Of a stretch of DNA of 64,000 bases, positions 29,040 through 38,333 are shown piece after piece. Source of the DNA: Bacteroidota bacterium (GTDB lineage: Bacteria; Bacteroidota; Ignavibacteria; UBA10030); the NCBI GenBank assembly GCA_050013655.1, contig JBEKEV010000004.1, positions 88,407 to 152,406 of the forward strand. Direction: 5' to 3'. The number at the start of each line of letters is the position of its first letter. The first letter of the stretch is position 1. The notes under the pieces are model-generated. The model made no database searches, had not been told where the DNA came from, and saw only the letters and a list, made by a program, of their open reading frames with translations. Position numbers and translations under genes: made by a program.

Positions 29040-29963
29040 TTACAAAAACATTTCGCCTGACTCAATCGGATAGCCCCTGAGAAATTCTTCGATGCCGAGC
29101 CGGCGTTTTCCTTCTTGCTGAATTTCAAGAAGAGAAACGACACCGCTTCCGGTTCCGACCTCCAGTATGTTCTGTGTTCGATTCAAGACAATTCCCGCTT
29201 GTGTTGATTGTCTCTCAACCATTCTGGTGCGGAACACTTTAATCAGCTTGCCCATGTGTGTCGTCCACGCGGAAGGGTGAGGCGAAAGTCCTCGAATAAA
29301 ATTGTGGATCTGCTGCGACGGTTTCGTCCAATCGATACGGCAGTCTTCTTTGAAAATCTTCGGTGCGGGACAGGCAAGTGAATCGTCTTGCCGATGCGGC
29401 TGGACGCTACCAAGTTCAATGAGGCGAACAGTCTGAAGAACAATCTCTGCACCTACCACGGAAAGAGTATCGTGCAAATCACCTGCAGTGTCATTCAAAC
29501 CAATCGGCACTTGTGTCTGAAGAAGAATAGAGCCGGTATCCACCTCTTCCTTTAAAAAGAATGTCGTAACGCCAGATTCTTTTTCTCCATTCATAATAGC
29601 CCAATTGATCGGCGCGGCACCACGATATTTCGGCAGGAGCGATGCATGAAGATTAACGGAACCAAGTTTCGGGATCGTGTACACTTCTCGCGGCAAAATC
29701 CGGAATGCAACTACAACAATGAGATCGGGATGAAGCTGTTGAATTTCGGCGACGAACGCTGCGTCGTTAAGTCTCTCTGGTTGAAGAACCGGAATCTGAT
29801 GGTGAAGAGCAACCTCCTTTATAAAGGTGAAGGAAACTTGATGTCCGCGCCCTCGCGGTTTGTCTGGTGCTGTCACGACAGCGGGAATTTCATAGGAATG
29901 ATCGAGAAGGATACGAAGACTTGGAACAGCAAATTCCGGTGTGCCCATGAAAAGGATTCGCAT
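29040..29963 (-). CDS. fmt: Methionyl-tRNA formyltransferase
   Basis: MRILFMGTPEFAVPSL, the formyltransferase N-terminal SLLP motif, and a C-terminal domain. Confidence 0.9.
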   Translation of the reverse strand: MRILFMGTPEFAVPSLRILLDHSYEIPAVVTAPDKPRGRGHQVSFTFIKEVALHHQIPVLQPERLNDAAFVAEIQQLHPDLIVVVAFRILPREVYTIPKLGSVNLHASLLPKYRGAAPINWAIMNGEKESGVTTFFLKEEVDTGSILLQTQVPIGLNDTAGDLHDTLSVVGAEIVLQTVRLIELGSVQPHRQDDSLACPAPKIFKEDCRIDWTKPSQQIHNFIRGLSPHPSAWTTHMGKLIKVFRTRMVERQSTQAGIVLNRTQNILEVGTGSGVVSLLEIQQEGKRRLGIEEFLRGYPIESGEMFL

Positions 29964-29966
29964 GCT

Positions 29967-30566
29967 TTACACCTTTCCAGCAGTAACCACCGGATAGTCG
30001 GGATCAATTTCTCCCTTTCGAATCTTTCTCAACTTGGGCAGCAGCATACTTCGTTTTGCCTTGTTGACACGATCCACAAAGAGAACACCGTTGAGATGGT
30101 CAAATTCATGGAGAACAACGCGGGCAAGAAATCCATCCAAGAAGAGTTCCTGTTTCTTGAATTCACCATCACGAAAGCGGATACGTACTTTTTCTGCCCG
30201 TTCCACTGCACCACGCACGCCAGGAAGACTTAAACATCCTTCTTCCATCGACCACCAGGCACCTTCTTCATTCACTATCTCAGGGTTGATAAGCGCAAGC
30301 GTGCGCGGAAGATCGGGCGAAGTCGGATGCGCAGAATCTTCCATCTCACCTTCTGCATTCGGTTCGGTGACATCCGAAATATCTATCGTAATCACGCGCC
30401 GAAGATCGCCAACCTGATTCGCTGCAAGACCTATCCCATTGGCCTTATGCATCGTATCGAACATGTCATAGATGAGCTTGACGGTCGAATCATCCAGCGA
30501 CTCAACCAGTTTGGCTTTTTTCTTGAGAACTTCGGTTCCGAAAAGATAAATGGGAAGAATGGACAT
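29967..30566 (-). CDS. def: Peptide deformylase
   Basis: GIGLAANQVG, EGCLSLPG and HEFDHLNG motifs. Confidence 0.95.
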   Translation of the reverse strand: MSILPIYLFGTEVLKKKAKLVESLDDSTVKLIYDMFDTMHKANGIGLAANQVGDLRRVITIDISDVTEPNAEGEMEDSAHPTSPDLPRTLALINPEIVNEEGAWWSMEEGCLSLPGVRGAVERAEKVRIRFRDGEFKKQELFLDGFLARVVLHEFDHLNGVLFVDRVNKAKRSMLLPKLRKIRKGEIDPDYPVVTAGKV

Positions 30567-30607
30567 GGGGTTTTGCGTTCTATTGTGTATTCTCTATTCT
30601 CAGGATA

Positions 30608-31309
30608 TCATTCCACAATCCGCCGGGCACATTCATATCGCTTGACATAATAGGTACTCTGGAGCGAAGAGATCGTCACACCGAGTGAAACGCTGGCGTG
30701 TGCGAACAGATCATCGCCCAAATAGAGACCGACGTGAGAAGCATTCTCGCCTGTTGTATTAAAAAAAATCAAATCTCCGAATTTCAATTCACTCAACTCT
30801 ACCGCCGTACCCCTTTTTGATTGCTCATAACTTGAGCGTGGAAGTAGAATACCCATGGAATTCTTATACACCGTCATAGTATATCCCGAACAATCCATTC
30901 CATCTACGCTCGATCCACCATGCACATACGATACGCCCATATATTTAGAAATTTCCCGCATCATTTTACTTTGATCAAGTGGTTTTATAGCGGCGTTTTT
31001 TTCTTTTCGAAAATCTCGACCGCCCTTGGCGATGCTTTCTATCTCTTTCTTCTCCGGTTTTTTGTCGGTCTCTTTTACTTCTTCTTCCGCTTCTTTCGAT
31101 GAAAAACGCGGTCCATGGTGAGGTGGTGTGGCAGAAGAAGATTCTTTCTCCTGACTTCTGAATCGCGGTGATGATCCACTGCAGCCTACGAGCACGAAGA
31201 CTGCGAGAACGATACTGATCACCAATAGAATGCGTTGTCTGCCCACGTTGAAGAAAGTGCTTTCGTTATGACAAAGCCCCGCACGCCGCGGGGCTTGCTT
31301 CGACAACAA
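30608..31309 (-). CDS. NlpC/P60 (C40) family peptidoglycan endopeptidase lipoprotein
   Basis: Signal/lipobox (VLVGCSG). The catalytic region DCSGYT...H carries the conserved Cys/His of the C40 family. Confidence 0.8.
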   Translation of the reverse strand: MLSKQAPRRAGLCHNESTFFNVGRQRILLVISIVLAVFVLVGCSGSSPRFRSQEKESSSATPPHHGPRFSSKEAEEEVKETDKKPEKKEIESIAKGGRDFRKEKNAAIKPLDQSKMMREISKYMGVSYVHGGSSVDGMDCSGYTMTVYKNSMGILLPRSSYEQSKRGTAVELSELKFGDLIFFNTTGENASHVGLYLGDDLFAHASVSLGVTISSLQSTYYVKRYECARRIVE

Positions 31310-31342
31310 CCACGATTTTCCGGTTCTCCCGGCACGTTTCGT

Positions 31343-32200
31343 TTATCCAAGATATGCACGCAACGCTTTGCTTCGCGATGCATGGCGCAGACGGCGAATT
31401 GCCTTTTCTTTGATCTGTCGAACGCGTTCACGCGTTAAGTTAAATTTCTCACCGATCTCTTCCAATGTCAGCGAATGCTCCGAATCGAGACCAAAATATA
31501 ACTTGATGACTTGCGCTTCGCGTTCGCTCAGTGTTGCCAACGCACGCTTTACTTCATTCTTCAATGATTCTTCTAAAAGACCGGAGTCGGGTGTCGGTTG
31601 ACGATTGTCTTGAATAACATCGAGCAAGCGGTTATCCTCGCCTTGTGCAAACGGCGCATCCATCGATAAGTGCCTGCCGGAAATCTTCAGCGTGTCGGAA
31701 ACTTCAAAGAGCGACATATCCAGTTCTTCTGCTAGTTCACTCGTGCTTGGTTCGCGTTCAAACTCTTGTTCCAGCGTACTGAATGCCTTGCCAATTTTAT
31801 TGAGTGCGCCGACGCGGTTTAACGGCAAACGTACGATACGGGATTGTTCGGCCAGCGCCTGCAAGATCGACTGACGAATCCACCACACCGCATACGAAAT
31901 GAATTTGAATCCGCGTGTCTCGTCAAAACGTTTTGCCGCCTTGATCAATCCCAGGTTACCCTCATTGATTAAATCACCGAGCGATAATCCTTGGTTCTGG
32001 TATTGCTTTGCCACGCTCACCACGAAGCGTAAATTTGCTTTCGTCAATTTCTCCAACGCCTTTTGGTCGCCCTTTTTAATGCGTCGCGCGAGATCAATTT
32101 CTTCCTGCGGCACTAATAACTCGACTTTACCAATTTCTTGGAGGTACTTATCGAGCGATTGGCTTTCACGATTTGTATATTGTTTGCTTATTTTCACCAT
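31343..32200 (-). CDS. rpoD: Primary RNA polymerase sigma factor (SigA/RpoD; short form lacking region 1.1)
   Basis: Regions 1.2 through 4.2 are present ([12 protein letters not shown], the region 2.4/3 helix, and [29 protein letters not shown]). It is about 285 aa, as in Bacteroidetes/Chlorobi SigA. Confidence 0.85.
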   Translation of the reverse strand: MVKISKQYTNRESQSLDKYLQEIGKVELLVPQEEIDLARRIKKGDQKALEKLTKANLRFVVSVAKQYQNQGLSLGDLINEGNLGLIKAAKRFDETRGFKFISYAVWWIRQSILQALAEQSRIVRLPLNRVGALNKIGKAFSTLEQEFEREPSTSELAEELDMSLFEVSDTLKISGRHLSMDAPFAQGEDNRLLDVIQDNRQPTPDSGLLEESLKNEVKRALATLSEREAQVIKLYFGLDSEHSLTLEEIGEKFNLTRERVRQIKEKAIRRLRHASRSKALRAYLG

Positions 32201-32415
32201 TGACTCTTTGCCAAAATTCAACTTTCGTTGCCCGTAGGATTGCTACGGGGGTTCCAGCGGGATATTCTACTATGTTATAACACGCCAAGGAGGGTGGAAA
32301 GTTCACAATTGCTGGAAACCGATCCAATCCACATTCCTGATACTATTCGAATTTACCTCATTTCTGACCTGTTCATTAGACTCTGCAAACGGTGTATTGT
32401 TTCCCGTCGCAGTAT

Positions 32416-32766
32416 TTAGAAAACTTCCTCGAAGAAGCTTTGACCCGCCAATGATTGAGCACTGCCAACACCAAAGAATTCTGCTGCAGTTCTACCGACA
32501 TCCGCGAATGAACAGCGCACTCCGAGATTCACATTTTTTTTCCCAGAAGTACTAGCACAAAGCAGAGGAACATATTCATACGTATGATCCGTACTTTGAT
32601 CTGTTGGATCGTTTCCGTGATCAGCAATGAGGACAAGCAAATCACCATCGCTGATGCACTCCTGGATATCCGGAAGTTTTATTTCAAACTCCTCAAACAC
32701 CCGATGCGTCCTTTTACACGAAGAAATGTTTCGAGTACACTTTTCGGATAGCCCTAACGTTGTCAA
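32416..32766 (-). pseudogene. deoB: C-terminal remnant (about 95 aa) of phosphopentomutase deoB
   Basis: EEFEIKLPDIQECISDGDLLVLIADHGNDPT...TDHTYEYVPLL...FADVGRTAAEFFG aligns with the last quarter of DeoB. The first ~300 aa are absent, with only 244 bp to the next gene. Confidence 0.6.
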
Positions 32767-32778
32767 GAACTGGGATAA

Positions 32779-32973
32779 TTATCCCAAAATTTCCTTTTCA
32801 TTGCACTTGCATAATTGGATGTGCTGCCGATTAAACCGGTAAGAACCATGCGCTGAACGTACCGATTGCACATAGAGCGTCGGGGTTCTTATGGTCCCGC
32901 ACTTCGGACACTTGACTCCTTTTTCCTGTCCGGCTTTTTTTGCTTTTTCCGCAAAATCAGTTTGTTTTGCCAT
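32779..32973 (-). CDS. Small putative zinc-ribbon protein (64 aa), hypothetical
   Basis: CPKC...CKC cysteine pairs, plausible codon usage, and an RBS-like GGAG upstream. Confidence 0.3.
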   Translation of the reverse strand: MAKQTDFAEKAKKAGQEKGVKCPKCGTIRTPTLYVQSVRSAHGSYRFNRQHIQLCKCNEKEILG

Positions 32974-33010
32974 TTAGATCTCCAAAAGAAAATAGTTACA
33001 GTGTTGTCAT

Positions 33011-34954
33011 TTAATATACTCGTACGATATTACCGCCTGCTTCAATCGCCTTCCGAAGAACACGGTCTGTATTCTCCAGCAAATCAACGTCGGATGCTTC
33101 ATCGATTGCACCGGCAACACCCACGCTGATCGTTACAGAAAAACTTTTATTGTCGATATTAAGGATATTGCTGGCAACATTCTTACGGATCTTTTCTGCC
33201 CATAACGATGCTTCATTGGACGTCGTATTCACAAGAAGGATGACAAAACAATTAAAATCAAATCTACCGACGACATCGTAGGGACGAATGGAAACCTTCA
33301 CCATGCGGCCGACATTCTGCAGTATGAAATCAAAGGCTTCCCTGCCATAACGTGCAATATGATCATCCATCCGGTCGATGGAAATCATTACTAAGGACAA
33401 ATCATTCGAAAAATCACTTGCACGCTGCACTTCTTCATGCAAACGGCCCATAAAACTCTTACGCGTCAAGACACCTGTTGTTTCATCAAGCGAAACGTAA
33501 TTGTTCATGACTTCCGTGAGGCTCAGAATTTCCAATGCCCACGATGAAGTCTCGGCAAGCTTCTGCACCAGCTTCACATCAGCATCAGAATATGTTTTTA
33601 GATCCTTACTTTCTATAAGCAAGGCGCCATAGCACCGATTCAATGAATTCAGCGGTATGATAACCAACGCGCCCTTCGATTCACATCGTTCAGCTTGATA
33701 AAACCGCGGCACTGTAGTGGTGGACAGATCATCAATGATCTTGGGAACACCAGTCTGTATGACTCCTATGACCAAACTCTGTTGAGGATCCAGTTCACTC
33801 ATGAGTGGAACATACGGATCGTTCATCCGGTTGAGGAGATTATGCACAATCCAAGATTTTCTGCTGTCGTCAAATAAAACAATTGCAATATAATCCCATG
33901 GAACCAGTCTCGATGTCTCCTCGGCAAGCGATCGCGTGATGGAATGAGCGCCAAAGTCAATACTCAACTGTTCGCGCACCCGACTAATCGATCGGAGTAC
34001 TTCAGAATCCAACAGGAGATCGTACTTGGATGTATAGCTTCGAATGAGCGTCGAAATCAGTTTTGCAACCTGTGCCAGTGAAGCGATCGTTTCGTTTCCA
34101 TAGGCATCCGCTTCTAAACAATCCAAGGCAAGAACTGCCACCGGATCCTGCGATTGAATTCCGCTAAAAAATATCGGCACGCCCACAAATGTTTTTACTA
34201 CATCTGTTGTCTCGTAATATGGCACCATATCATCTTGACCAAGAGCATCCACAAAATTGACGATCTGTGGTTTCCCATTCAATGCAATTTGACTGACGAC
34301 ATCAGAACCGATTGGCAACCGTCTGTTTGTCATGAATTTTTCGCTATCGGTCACATACCCTTCGAGCACCAATTGTTGTTTCTCTCTATTCATCCAAAAA
34401 AGAGCAACTGTATGGGCAAATTGAGCATCCTTCACGACACTCAACACCCGTTGAATCAGCGTATTGAATTCGGCTCTCGGACTTTCCTCGGCATTTTCTC
34501 CGATGCCGGGAATTTCGATAAACTCATTTAATTCAAACACTGTTGTAGTTGTTTTTTCTGAATCCTTTTTTTCCAACGCTATATTGTCTTGCTCATGGTA
34601 CATCGGTTGTGAATGTTCCGGCTCGTCAACATAATCAACTTGGTATTGCTTGCCGGTAACTTGAAAATCATCAAAAACGAGTTTCTTCATCCGAATATTG
34701 GACTCCTCTGATGTGAGAGAATGACGATCCTCATCTGCTGCTTGGATAAAAAATCCTCTGCGTTTCCCCACTCGTACAATCACATAAGCGATCAATGCTG
34801 CAGAAAACAATAAGAGCACTGCCTTCACGAATGTAGCTGAAAGGACAAGTCCCCATAAAAATGAAACGACGCCCACCACTACAATCAATTCCTCTGCAAA
34901 CGTTAACGAATGCATCCAGGAAAAGAATGTGTTGAACCTTCGGGCGTCAGTCAT
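33011..34954 (-). CDS. Membrane-anchored GAF and GGDEF-domain protein with degenerate active-site motifs
   Basis: N-terminal TM helices, GAF-like middle domains, and a C-terminal GGDEF fold. The signature reads GRFDFNCF instead of RxGGDEF, and GREAFD instead of GHxxGD. Confidence 0.7.
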   Translation of the reverse strand: MTDARRFNTFFSWMHSLTFAEELIVVVGVVSFLWGLVLSATFVKAVLLLFSAALIAYVIVRVGKRRGFFIQAADEDRHSLTSEESNIRMKKLVFDDFQVTGKQYQVDYVDEPEHSQPMYHEQDNIALEKKDSEKTTTTVFELNEFIEIPGIGENAEESPRAEFNTLIQRVLSVVKDAQFAHTVALFWMNREKQQLVLEGYVTDSEKFMTNRRLPIGSDVVSQIALNGKPQIVNFVDALGQDDMVPYYETTDVVKTFVGVPIFFSGIQSQDPVAVLALDCLEADAYGNETIASLAQVAKLISTLIRSYTSKYDLLLDSEVLRSISRVREQLSIDFGAHSITRSLAEETSRLVPWDYIAIVLFDDSRKSWIVHNLLNRMNDPYVPLMSELDPQQSLVIGVIQTGVPKIIDDLSTTTVPRFYQAERCESKGALVIIPLNSLNRCYGALLIESKDLKTYSDADVKLVQKLAETSSWALEILSLTEVMNNYVSLDETTGVLTRKSFMGRLHEEVQRASDFSNDLSLVMISIDRMDDHIARYGREAFDFILQNVGRMVKVSIRPYDVVGRFDFNCFVILLVNTTSNEASLWAEKIRKNVASNILNIDNKSFSVTISVGVAGAIDEASDVDLLENTDRVLRKAIEAGGNIVRVY

Positions 34955-35168
34955 TGAGTATCGAGAGTCTTATGGTTGCCCTCAAATTTCATTAAATTTA
35001 CCTGTTTTGTGCTGAAAAGTCAACCAATCATTATAGATATTAATTGTTTCTAACCTGACACCGCTGACCGGATGTTTTATTATGATTGTAGTCGCCAATT
35101 GCTTGCGGCAGTATTTTTTTTTGCATAACTTTTTGCCATTGAGTCATATCTGCTTCATATCTTTTTAG

Positions 35169-37706
35169 TTGGAAGCGCCCATGAAAGCTGTTATCATGGC
35201 TGGTGGATTTGGCACACGTTTGCGACCTCTCACCAGCAACATTCCAAAACCGATGGTTCCAATGGTCAATAAGCCTATTATGGAACACATTGTTGAACTG
35301 CTCAAAACGCACAACATAAAAGATATCGTCTCCACGCTCTTCTATCAGCCGGATGCCATCACAGGCTATTTCGGAGATGGAAGCGCCTTCGGCATCAACA
35401 TGCAATATCGCAAAGCAGAAGCGGATTACGGAACAGCGGGAAGTGTCCGTAATGCGAAAGATTTTTTAAACGAGCGTTTTTTAGTTATCAGTGGAGATGT
35501 TCTTACCGATTTTGATTTGACAGCCGCTCTTCGCTTCCATGAAGAGAAGAAAGCAAAAGCCACATTGCTGCTCACACGAGTTTCCAATCCGCTCCAGTTC
35601 GGAGTTGTCTTAACAAAAGAAGATGGGAAAATTGCACGTTTTCTTGAAAAACCATCGTGGGGAGAAGTGTTTAGCGACACGATCAACACAGGAATTTATA
35701 TTATAGAGCCTGAGGTGTTGGATTTTATACCTGAAAAACAAGAATTTGACTTTAGTAAGAATCTCTTCCCCATTCTCTTGAAACGTGACCTTGGCATCTA
35801 TGGCTATATCGCAAAAGGATACTGGAAAGATATTGGCAGTCTAAACGATTACCAGGACGCACACATGGATGCGCTTCGTGGTGATGTAAAATTACACATT
35901 GAGGGAACGAAGAAGGAAAATCTCACCCTTGGTGAAGGTACAACCGTTGAGACTGACCCGCGTCATCTTACAGGAACAAGTATCATTGGAAAGAACTGCC
36001 GGATACACAATGGAGCAGTTATCAGTAATTCTGTTATCAGCGACGATTGCGAAATTTTCCCCGGGGGTATCATTCGCAATTCAGTCATCTGGAAGAAATC
36101 GAAAATTGGCGCTCGTTCTGAATTATCGCTCGACGTCATCGGAGCCGGATGCACCATCAGTGACGATGTCGTCATCCTCGAAAATGTATTCATCGGTGAT
36201 TCGTGTATTATTGGAAAACGGAGCAAACTACTCTCCAATATTAAAATATGGCCGGATAAAAGCATTGAAGACGGTTCTATCGTTACACGTAGTTTGATAT
36301 GGGAAGATAGATGGTTGCGAGAACTTTTCACCGACGCCCGCGTCACCGGTCTTTCCAATATAGAAATCAGTCCTGAATTTGGCGCGAAATTGGGAGCTGC
36401 GTTTGGTGCACTCGTAGGAGCCGGAGCAACGGTCGTTACCAGCCGAGATTCAGACAATGTCTCCAGAATGATCAATCGCGCAATTATGTCCGGTCTCATG
36501 TCCGCTGGAGTTCATTGCACCGATCTACGCACAACATCGATTCCCATTGTCCGGCACGAATTACAAACCGGAAAAGAACGCGGCGGCATCCACGTTCGCA
36601 AATCCCCGTTCGACAGAAATAGTTCCGATATCATTTTTTTCGATTCACAAGGTAAAGACCTGCCTTCGAGCAAGACAAAATCCATGGAACGGCTGTTCTT
36701 CGGTGAAGACTTCAACCGCGCCCATCCAGATCAAGTCGGCTCGATCTCATTCCCGGAACGGACAACGGAAAGCTACATTCAGCGATTCTTGAAAACACTC
36801 AATACCGATGTTATTCAATCTGCAGGTCTGAAGTTGGTGATTGACTATTCGAACGGAATCGCTTCCACCATCTTCCCGAACATTCTTGGAAATATGAACG
36901 TTCAAGTGGTTGCTCTCAACGCATATCTCGACAGCCGAAAAATTACTCGAACAAAAGAAGAGTTTGACGAATCATTGCGTCAACTGGCATATGTTGTCAC
37001 TTCACTGAAATATGATGTCGGTTGTATGCTCGATGCTGGGGCAGAAAAGATCTTTATCGTCAATGAGCAAGGAAATATTATCGATAATGACCGTTTGTTA
37101 ACGCTGATGGTAAAATTCTTAGTGCTCGCCAAAAACGATATTACCAAGTTTGCCGTTCCCATTTCTGCAAGCGGGGAGATTGATCTCTTAGCAAAAGATT
37201 TTAATTTGGAAGTCGTTAAAACACGCGACAGCCACCTTGCACTGATGGATGCCGCAACCGACAAGCAGATCAAGTTCGTCGGCGGAACGAAGGGCGGATT
37301 TATCTTCAACGAATTCCTCTTTGCTTCCGATGGAATGTATTCTATTTCCAAATTGCTTGAATGCATCGCGATAACGAAAAAACGAATCGGTCAACTCGAC
37401 AAAGAGACACCGCGACTCTATTTCGTCAAGAAAAATATCTCGTGCCCGTGGCACACGAAGGGACGCATCATGCGTAAGCTTACAGAGCAGTCGGAACGAA
37501 TCCCTCGCGATCTGATCGAAGGGATCAAGCTCTATCCATCCGATCTCTGCGCGTACACATCAATCTTGTTGAGTCCCGATCGCGCACGGCCGATGTTTCA
37601 TATTAACGCAGAATCCAGCGATGTGGTCGTAGCTGAGCGTCTTGCGAACGAATATGAGACCCTTATTCAACAGTGGATAGAAGGTGGGCAGCGGGAAGAA
37701 TTGTAA
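35169..37706 (+). CDS. Bifunctional-type protein: sugar-1-phosphate nucleotidyltransferase with left-handed beta-helix, fused to a phosphohexomutase (PGM/PMM)-like domain
   Basis: N-terminal MKAVIMAGGFGTRLRPLT (GGxGTRL) followed by hexapeptide repeats. The C-terminal 450 aa align with the alpha-D-phosphohexomutase fold, but the motifs read VRKSPFD (TASHNP), DAGAEK (DGDGDR) and GGTKGG (GEESG). Confidence 0.7.
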   Translation: MEAPMKAVIMAGGFGTRLRPLTSNIPKPMVPMVNKPIMEHIVELLKTHNIKDIVSTLFYQPDAITGYFGDGSAFGINMQYRKAEADYGTAGSVRNAKDFLNERFLVISGDVLTDFDLTAALRFHEEKKAKATLLLTRVSNPLQFGVVLTKEDGKIARFLEKPSWGEVFSDTINTGIYIIEPEVLDFIPEKQEFDFSKNLFPILLKRDLGIYGYIAKGYWKDIGSLNDYQDAHMDALRGDVKLHIEGTKKENLTLGEGTTVETDPRHLTGTSIIGKNCRIHNGAVISNSVISDDCEIFPGGIIRNSVIWKKSKIGARSELSLDVIGAGCTISDDVVILENVFIGDSCIIGKRSKLLSNIKIWPDKSIEDGSIVTRSLIWEDRWLRELFTDARVTGLSNIEISPEFGAKLGAAFGALVGAGATVVTSRDSDNVSRMINRAIMSGLMSAGVHCTDLRTTSIPIVRHELQTGKERGGIHVRKSPFDRNSSDIIFFDSQGKDLPSSKTKSMERLFFGEDFNRAHPDQVGSISFPERTTESYIQRFLKTLNTDVIQSAGLKLVIDYSNGIASTIFPNILGNMNVQVVALNAYLDSRKITRTKEEFDESLRQLAYVVTSLKYDVGCMLDAGAEKIFIVNEQGNIIDNDRLLTLMVKFLVLAKNDITKFAVPISASGEIDLLAKDFNLEVVKTRDSHLALMDAATDKQIKFVGGTKGGFIFNEFLFASDGMYSISKLLECIAITKKRIGQLDKETPRLYFVKKNISCPWHTKGRIMRKLTEQSERIPRDLIEGIKLYPSDLCAYTSILLSPDRARPMFHINAESSDVVVAERLANEYETLIQQWIEGGQREEL

Positions 37707-37811
37707 TTTCATTTGTATTTTGATAGAAATTCTGCAATCTTTGATGGTTCACTTCAAGTCGGAGGTGAACCTCTGCATTCCTTATGCGACTCTGGTAACT
37801 TGGAGACTTGA

Positions 37812-38282
37812 ATGAAAATTACTGACATATTAAATGAATCGGTTGTGCGAACGAATCTTCCCGGCGCGACAAAGGAAGAAGTGATTAATGCGATGATCGA
37901 ACTTGCCGGCACTCAGAAACAAGTTGCCGACAAAGAGCGCATGCGTACAGCGATTTTTGATCGAGAAAAAATAATGTCCACCGGAGTCGGATCGGGGTTT
38001 GCTATCCCGCACGGCAAAACGGACGCAGTGAACGACATCGTTGCAGCATTTGCGGTCACTGCACAGGCTATTGATTATCAATCATTGGATGATCAACCGG
38101 TACGGCTGATATTTCTCCTTGTGGGGCGTGATAATATGGTCGGCCCACACATCAAGCTCCTGAGTCGTATTTCTCGTCTGATGAACAAAGAAGATTTTCG
38201 GAAGCAACTCCTCGAAGCAGAAACACCTAAAGACATCCTCGAGATCTTTCGACAGGAAGAAGCTGACATTACAGAGGGATAG
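37812..38282 (+). CDS. ptsN: PTS EIIA(Ntr)-type nitrogen regulatory protein
   Basis: PTS_EIIA_2 fold with the phosphorylatable His in GSGFAIPHGK. Confidence 0.75.
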   Translation: MKITDILNESVVRTNLPGATKEEVINAMIELAGTQKQVADKERMRTAIFDREKIMSTGVGSGFAIPHGKTDAVNDIVAAFAVTAQAIDYQSLDDQPVRLIFLLVGRDNMVGPHIKLLSRISRLMNKEDFRKQLLEAETPKDILEIFRQEEADITEG

Positions 38283-38333
38283 CTTCACCGACGTGTACAT
38301 ACTTCATATCAATACCCTGCTCATTAAAAATCG

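Noticed and set aside
32230-32250. Hairpin CCCGTAG-gattg-CTACGGG upstream of rpoD as a terminator
   Set aside because: There is no U-run on either strand. It lies about 30 nt before the rpoD start, so it is more likely a 5'-UTR structure than a terminator.
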